In this document: piece after piece, positions 57,156-64,000 of the stretch
Numbering within the stretch: the stretch's first letter is position 1
Layout: the number at the start of each line of letters is the position of its first letter
From: Azolla caroliniana
Taxonomy: Eukaryota; Plantae; Polypodiophyta
NCBI GenBank assembly: GCA_043228905.1
Contig: JBHGNT010000002.1
Coordinates: 3,038,001 to 3,102,000, forward strand
DNA: 64,000 nucleotides
Reading direction: 5' to 3'
The notes under the pieces: model-generated
Seen by the model: only the letters and a program-made list of their open reading frames with translations
The model's database searches: none
What the model was told of the DNA's origin: nothing
Program-made: the position numbers and the translations under genes

Positions 57156-60100
57156 TGTTGAGAATCAAGCTCAACTTGGTCTAGTGTGTGAACTCACCTT
57201 GAGAGTGAAGAGACACTCCAACGGTCAAGAGTCACCATTATGTCACCACTTTGTATTCTAGCATTTAGTATGAGTCATAGAATCATATTCTATGACACAT
57301 AACTTATGAGCTTTCACATTCCCCATGCTCCATGAGCCATGTAGTTAATGAAGAGAGAGGGTGACTACATAAAGCACCCTCCTCCCACCTTGTAAAATGT
57401 TGAGTCTTTCTCCTTTGTCAATATACTTTTACCTTGCGTATTCTCTGTGTTTCACTCTCTCTCCCTCTCTCTCTTACACACACACATAACTCACATCTCT
57501 TCCACTTCACAAGAATCCATCTCTTGATTCTTTACATGGTATTAGAGCGATTCGGTAGCTCGATCTAGCCCATTTGCCTCATCGTGATCGTGTGTTGTGC
57601 TCCACGACGACGACCAAGAACCGGCTCATCGCTATTGTAGGTTCGCTACATAGCTCGCATTCGAAGAGAGAAGAAGAAGAAGAAGAAGAAGAAGAAGAAT
57701 CGACATAATGAATACTCAAATGGTTAGCGCTATCCCTACCGAGAAGTTGGATCGAAACAACTTCGCATCTTGGGAGTACAAGATGCACCAATAACTTGTC
57801 GGACAAGGCTATTAGAGCTGCATCAAAGGAGCGCATGAAGACCGACCCGCCGAAGTGGCTCCCGGATACGCAACATGGGAGCAAGCCGCAAGCCACATGA
57901 TGTATTGTTTGGCGACATGTGTTCACGACCATATGCTCGGTTACATTCGAGAAGCCAAGGCGCCGAAGGAAGTGTGGGAAAACCTACGAAAGATTTTCGC
58001 CGCCAACACGACCGCGAGGAACCTTCAACTCCGCCAAGAGTTGAACAACATTCAACAAAGGGATATGTCCATCATGACAGACACCTTGAAGATCAAGGAG
58101 CTTAGCGACTCGCTCGGCTCAATAAGCGTAAGTATAGATGATGATGAGATGGTGCAAATATGCCTTGGCGGCCTCGCACCACGGTTCGGCGCGATGCGAA
58201 CTGCCGTTCTAGCACGGGAGAAATCTCCCTCCTTCTTCGAGCTCCATTCAATGCTATTGGTCGAAGAAAACCACGTGCGTACAAGGAGCAATGAGTCGGA
58301 AGGCCACATGCTCTACACGCACTCTAATGGAGGAAGAGGACGCGGACGAGCGAGAGGCCGATTCGGCCAAGGACAAGGCAGACGAGGTCCGACCTACGAC
58401 AACAACTCCCAATTTCGGCCGCAAAACGGAGACCAACGAGGAACCTTCGCAAGAAGGGGGAGCTTCCACTCCGGCCCGAGCCGTCAAAACGCAACCGAAT
58501 GCGGATATTGCGGAAATCTCGGCCACCACGAAGAAGAGTGTAGAAAGAAGATGCGTGAATCGACTTCCACAAGCCGACAACTCACGAATTACGCACAGAA
58601 TTCCGACTACGAAGAGTATAGCGAAATGTATGGGAACAACTCTGACTACGAAGATTGTGGCGGAATGTATACACGCAACTCCGACTGTGGCGGAATGTTC
58701 ATGATGAAACATAGAGCAAACTCTATGTTGGCCTCTACCTCAACTAGTGCCCTCAATCCGGAGGACGTATGGTTTGTAGACTCCGGAGCCTCAAACCATA
58801 TGACATCCCATAAAGAATGGTTTCTCGAACTTCGAGAGCCGGAGCGACCCGGTTATGTCGAAACCGGAGATGACACTACGCACCCGATTCGGCACATCGG
58901 CAATGTCCCGTTCGGCGAAAGAGGTAAGCAAACATACATTAAAAATGTCTTGCATGTACCCACCATCACGAAGAATTTGGTCTTGGTTGGCCAAATGGTT
59001 GAGCTAGGGATGCAAGTACGATTCGACCAAGAAGGGTGCTTCATCGAAAAAGAAGGCCGAATCATCGCACGCGGAAGAAGAGAGGGCCGGATGTTCATTC
59101 TCGATTCGCACAAGATGAAATCCGCCATGTTCACGAAAATCACAAAAGTCGACTCCGACATAGAGCTATGGCATAAGCGAATCGGCCACATCAATCTCAA
59201 CAAACTCAAAGCAATGAAGTCGAAAGGAGTCGTCATCGGTCTCCCGACATTCAAAGAGAAGGAGATTGAAGGAGTATGCGAAGCGTGCCAATTCGGCAAG
59301 CAACACCGACACCCATTCCCGAAGGAGCGGAATGTGAGCAAAGGCGTACTCGACGTAATTCATTCCGATGTATGGGGTCCGGCCCAAACGGCGACATTCG
59401 GCGGATGCCGGTATTACGTGCTCTTCATCGACGACTTTTCTAGGCACACTTGGATCTACCCGATGCGGCAAAAGAGCGAAGTGTTTGGACACTTCCAAAA
59501 TTTCAAGAATGAAGTCGAGAAAGCCACGGGCCGACATGTACGATGCCTTCGATCGGATGGCGGCAAGGAGTAATTCTCGGATCATTTCACGGCGTATCTC
59601 CGAAAGGAAGGAATTCGGTGAGAATTCACTTGCTGACACACTCCACAACAAAACGAAGTAGCCGAGCGCAAAAATCAGCACATCCTCGAAGTAGCGCGGG
59701 CCATGATGAATGAGAAGCATATGCCCAAGTCATATTGGGCCAAAGCGGAAAATACGGCCGTCTACCTAATGAACCGGTGCACAACATCCGGCGTGCACGA
59801 GGTCACTCCGTACGAAAGCTTCTTCGGAAAGAAGTCGAACCTATCACATGTTCGGATATTTGGCTCCATTGCGTACGTGCACATCCCCGACGAGCAGCGT
59901 CAAAAGCTCGACCCGAAGTCGGAGAAATGTATCCTCGTAGGATACTCACTGGAGCAAAAGGGGTACAAGTGCTACAAACCCTCAACTCGAAAATCTCGGG
60001 TAAGTCGAGACGTCGTCTTTGACGAGTCCGCATCCTGGTACGCACCAGAGACAACTTCAACTCCGACCCCGCTCGACCCGGAATCCACCGAACAAGAGAT

Positions 60101-62619
60101 AGAGGATGAAGATCACCTTACACGCATGTTCGAAGAAAGTCCGATCACGATCCGACTGAGCGGACCACAAGAGCCTTTGAGCGATCAAAGCACATCATGG
60201 CCTAGCTCGAAGATGGACAAAGGCAAGGAGAAAATGGCGGAATATGAAGACGATCGCTTCGACGACGATGAATTGACTCACTCACTCGACAGTGAGTTCA
60301 GCGGTTTCGAGGTACCAATCGGAGCCAAGAAAGCCCTCATCTCTGCAAATGAAAAGCTTCGCCGATCCACTCGTGAAAAGAACCCCGTAAGCCGATTCGG
60401 CTACAACGATTACATGGCGTACCATTACGCCTTTATGATGAAGCTAGCGACAGTACGGGAGCCGGAAACCTTTTCGGAAGCCGCGAAGGACGCGCGATGG
60501 ATCGAAGCAATGAACGAGGAGATGCAGGCACTACAGAAGAACGAGACGTGGGATCTCGTTTCCACCTCACCACACAAAAAGGTGATCGGATGCAGATGGA
60601 TCTACAAGGTGAAGTATAATGCCGATGGCTCCGTAAACCGCTACAAAGTACGACTCGTAGCGAAAGGATACGCTCAGACGCATGGCGTCGACTACGAAGA
60701 GACCTTTGCCCCGGTGGCGAAGATGACGACGGTACAAACCGTAATTGCGATTGCCGCGGCGAAAGGGTGGCACCTCCATCAAATGGACATCAAGAACGTC
60801 TTTCTACAAGGCGAATTAGAAGAGGAGGTGTACATGATCCAACCACCCGGCTTTAACTCGAGCACTCATCCAAAAGCCGTATGCCGACTCAAGAAGCCAC
60901 TCGACGGCCTCAAGCAAGCATCGCGTGCTTGGCATTCGAAGATAATGTAATATCTTCATCAAATCGGCTTCTGTATGTCAAAATTGGACAACTCCCTCTA
61001 CATACGAAGCGATTCCGGAAGTCCGATCGTCATCATCTTATATGTGGATGACCTAGTCATTGGAGGTGAGCATCTCGTCGAAATCACTAAGGTCAAATCC
61101 CTCCTTTTCGACAAGTTCGAGATGACGGACATGAAGGAGCTCCACTACTTCCTCGGCATCGAGGTAATTCGGACTCCAGCCGGAATCATGATCTCTCAAC
61201 GGCACTACATCCTCAACTTGTTATACAAGTTCGGGATGGCAGAGTGCAAATCCGTGGCAACCCCGCTCGATCGCAATCTCAAACTAGATGCGAACTCCGG
61301 CACCAAAGCGTGTGAGCCGACTCAGTATCAGCAACTCCTCGGGAGTCTCATCTACCTCATGATCACACGACCCGATCTCAGTTATCCAGTCGGTCTCCTT
61401 AGCCAATTCATGCAAACACCGTGTGATACTCACTTGGATTGCGCTAAGCGAGTTCTACGCTACGTGAGCGGCACAATGGATTGTGGCATCCTCTACAAGA
61501 CCGCGATGCCGATACGACTCGAGGGGTACACAGACGCCGATTGGGCCGGCTACAAAGCTGATAGAAGATCAACCTCCAGATTTATTTTCTCCCTCGGCAG
61601 TGGAGCAATATCCTGGAGTAGCAAGAAGCAGGCTACCGTCGCTCATTCGAGTACGGAGGTGGAATACAGGGGCGCAACCATAGCTGCGTGTGAAGCCGTA
61701 TGGCTCAAGAGGATTTTGAAGGATTTGGGCGTACCCATCAAGGATCTGACTTCCCTTTACTGCGACAACATGAGTAGTATCTATCTGGCTCAGAACCCGG
61801 TGTTCCATGCGCGGACAAAGCACATCGAAGTGCACTATCACTTCATTCGAGAGCGTGTTCTAGCTGGCGATGTCGACCTACAACACATTAGCACCAATAT
61901 TCAAACGGCTGACATCTTCACTAAAGCCTTAGGAGCCGACAAGCTATGGCAATTCATGACCGATCTCGGATTGACGATCCCTGACCTGCCAAGCTTGAGG
62001 GGGAGTACTGAAGACACTACGCAATAACGCGTGGATTCCGCAACCACGCAACAAAGCCGCGAAGAAAGATGCAAGCCGAAGCACAGACTTCGTAACTATG
62101 CACAACGCAAGCTGGAGCACGGATTTCGCAACTCCGCATACATGCGAGTCGACACGAGTTGACGCGGACTCTAGAACGTGAGTTAAAGCGGATTTCGGAT
62201 ACAGTCTAAAACCAACCCGACTTGAGCTTGAGGGGGTGTGTTGAGAATCAAGCTCAACTTGGTCTAGTGTGTGAACTCACCTTGAGAGTGAAGAGACACT
62301 CCAACGGTCAAGAGTCACCATTATGTCACCACTTTGTATTCTAGCATTTAGTATGAGTCATAGAATCATATTCTATGACACATAACTTATGAGCTTTCAC
62401 ATTCCCCTTGCTCCATGAGCCTTGTAGTTAATGAAGAGAGAGGGTGACTACATAAAGCACCCTCCTCCCACCTTGTAAAATGTTGAGTCTTTCTCCTTTG
62501 TCAATATACTTTTACCTTGCGTATTCTCTGTGTTTCACTCTCTCTCCCTCTCTCTCTTACACACACACATAACTCACATCTCTTCCACTTCACAAGAATC
62601 CATCTCTTGATTCTTTACA
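57156..62619 (+). mobile_element. Full-length Copia K (C family) inserted in J gag
   Basis: LTRs at 57156-57536 and 62239-62619 (381 bp, 2 differences seen). TSD CCGAC. PBS TGGTATTAGAGC at 57537-57548. PPT TTGAGGGGGTG. Confidence 0.96.
57720..62027 (+). pseudogene. gag-pol: K Gag-Pol: one frame with at least 6 in-frame stops
   Basis: All copia motifs are present (WFVDSGAS, IHSDVWGP, QMDIKNVFL, YVDDL, YTDADWAG). Stops at 57792, 57813, 59571, about 59619, about 59634 and 60948. Confidence 0.92.
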
Positions 62620-64000
62620 CCGACTCTCTTTGCCGTTCGGCCTCTTCCCGCTGTGATGGCACGCCGCCGTGCGCCTTCCTCCTAGCCTTCTCGGCTCGCT
62701 CGTCATCCAGCCGTTGGCATACCCTTCCGAATTTCGACTAGTCCTCCATAAGGCCATTTGCTCTGTCCTCGTCTTCGAGCTCAATCCCGATGGCCTCCCG
62801 TTCCGCTCGGTCGATCGACTTAACGAACAACAGGACTTTGTCTGCCCCCACCAAACCTTGTTCCTGCTCCGGGAGCCGAGCAAGCCGTCGTTGGAACTCT
62901 CGGAACGCCTTCGTTGCGCCCTGGTGGGTCTTCGCCAATGCAACCCACTTGTCGAAGCCGCGTCGTCCCCGGCTCTTCCGACGTCCTCCATATGCCTACA
63001 GGTGCGCCTCTTCGAAGGCCTCCCACGAACTATGACCTTCTCGTAGCTCCTTCACTTTTGCGTGCATACGAACGACGAAGACCCGACAGAAGAACTCTAG
63101 CCTCAACGCCTCGTCTACGTCTCGCTCCTCCATTTCCGCGTTGTAGGCTTCCAAGTAGAATGGGACTTTGTCCCCATTGAAACGACCGACTCTTTCGACC
63201 ACTCATTGAACAGCTCGTTGCGCCGCCTCGCTTCTTGTTGTTGCTCGACCAAACTCCCTCACCGCTTAGACAAAAAGTTGTGCGATGTCGTCTTCTTCCA
63301 ACTCCATTCTCCCTTGCCACCTATCACATCGGGTTCACCAAATATGTCGCGTTGTTACGCGTGTGTTGGTAGAAAGGGCGGGACCACGGGGGTCTCGGAC
63401 GAGGGAGAAAAGGGATGCCAAGAAAACCGACTCTGGACACGTTCCAGAGGCTACCGAACACGAGAGAGAGAGAGAGTGAGAGCTTGTGCGCAACACCGAC
63501 TCCAATGTACAAAAATAAAGGGGGTAGAAAAACTCGGCACCATCAGAGATGCGGGTGTGCACAACCAAACATATATATATATATTACAAGAAGAAGATAC
63601 AACCCTGGCTTCGAGTCGGACCTAGGAAGCTCAGGACACAATAGTTGTCTACTGCCAAGCCGTCTGTCGGGGAGCTCTCGGGCTTGTTGTGCCGAGCGAG
63701 GTCTTGCGCAGGAGACAGGGCCGAAACAGAACTGCTAGATGCCAGGACTTGCTCACCCCAAAATGACGAAGAAGAAGCAGAACTAGATGAAACCCTAGGC
63801 AAGAGAAAATAAAGAAAACAAGAAACTAACTTACTTCGAACCTAACGGTATACCCTCCTAACTCAAAATGGGCAACCCCTCTCTACAAGGGACCCTCGCT
63901 TCCTTTTATAGAGCAAGGAGAGGAATGCGTTACAATGTGGGATAAATCCCGACTTACATGGGATTCTCTGTCCCGACTTAACTCCTATTTATTCACATGT

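Larger units (their letters stand above)
51126..64000 (-). mobile_element. Gag-only LTR element J (non-autonomous, tRNA-Trp PBS), interrupted by L and K; 5' LTR runs off the window
   Basis: 3' LTR at 51126-51893, PPT from 51894, 5' LTR from 63345, PBS at 63324-63340. Gag starts at ATG 63307 (VERVGRFNGDKVPFYLEAYNAEM, FREFQRRLARL...DKVLLFVKSID), followed by about 4.4 kb of repetitive tail (excluding K and L) with no pol motif. The two LTRs are visibly diverged. Confidence 0.83.

Noticed and set aside
57269-57300. Inverted repeat GTCATAGAAT-CAT-ATTCTATGAC in C/K LTRs as a terminator or MITE
   Set aside because: It is a short palindrome present in all four LTR copies simply as part of U3, with no TSD, U-tract or other support.

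Overview
This is eukaryotic (land-plant, probably non-seed) heterochromatin-like DNA made almost entirely of nested retroelements. I found no host gene, RNA gene or CRISPR array. The nesting was reconstructed from LTR ends, primer-binding sites (PBS), polypurine tracts (PPT) and target-site duplications (TSD). A decayed L1-type ORF1 (2928-10345) carries intact Copia A (3379-8782) and Copia B (minus strand, from 10346, 5' end outside the window). B carries Copia C (10828-35231), chromovirus D (37670-41890) and gypsy E (from 42873). C carries gypsy H1 (+), H2 (-) and I. E carries F, F carries G and J, and J carries Copia K and solo LTR L. A 100-N scaffold gap lies at 18330-18429. The most interesting component is a lineage of tRNA-Trp-primed gypsy elements (H1, H2, I, E, F, G, J). 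Its pol-coding members have a fungal-like RT and a Gag-PR / RT-RH-IN split, joined by a conserved G_GAU_UUU slippery site plus pseudoknot (predicted -1 frameshift after the protease). The lineage also shows 4-bp CpG-centred target sites, covarying RNA stems around the PBS and PPT, and pol-less Gag-only members with long repetitive tails. All alignments and foldings were done by eye.
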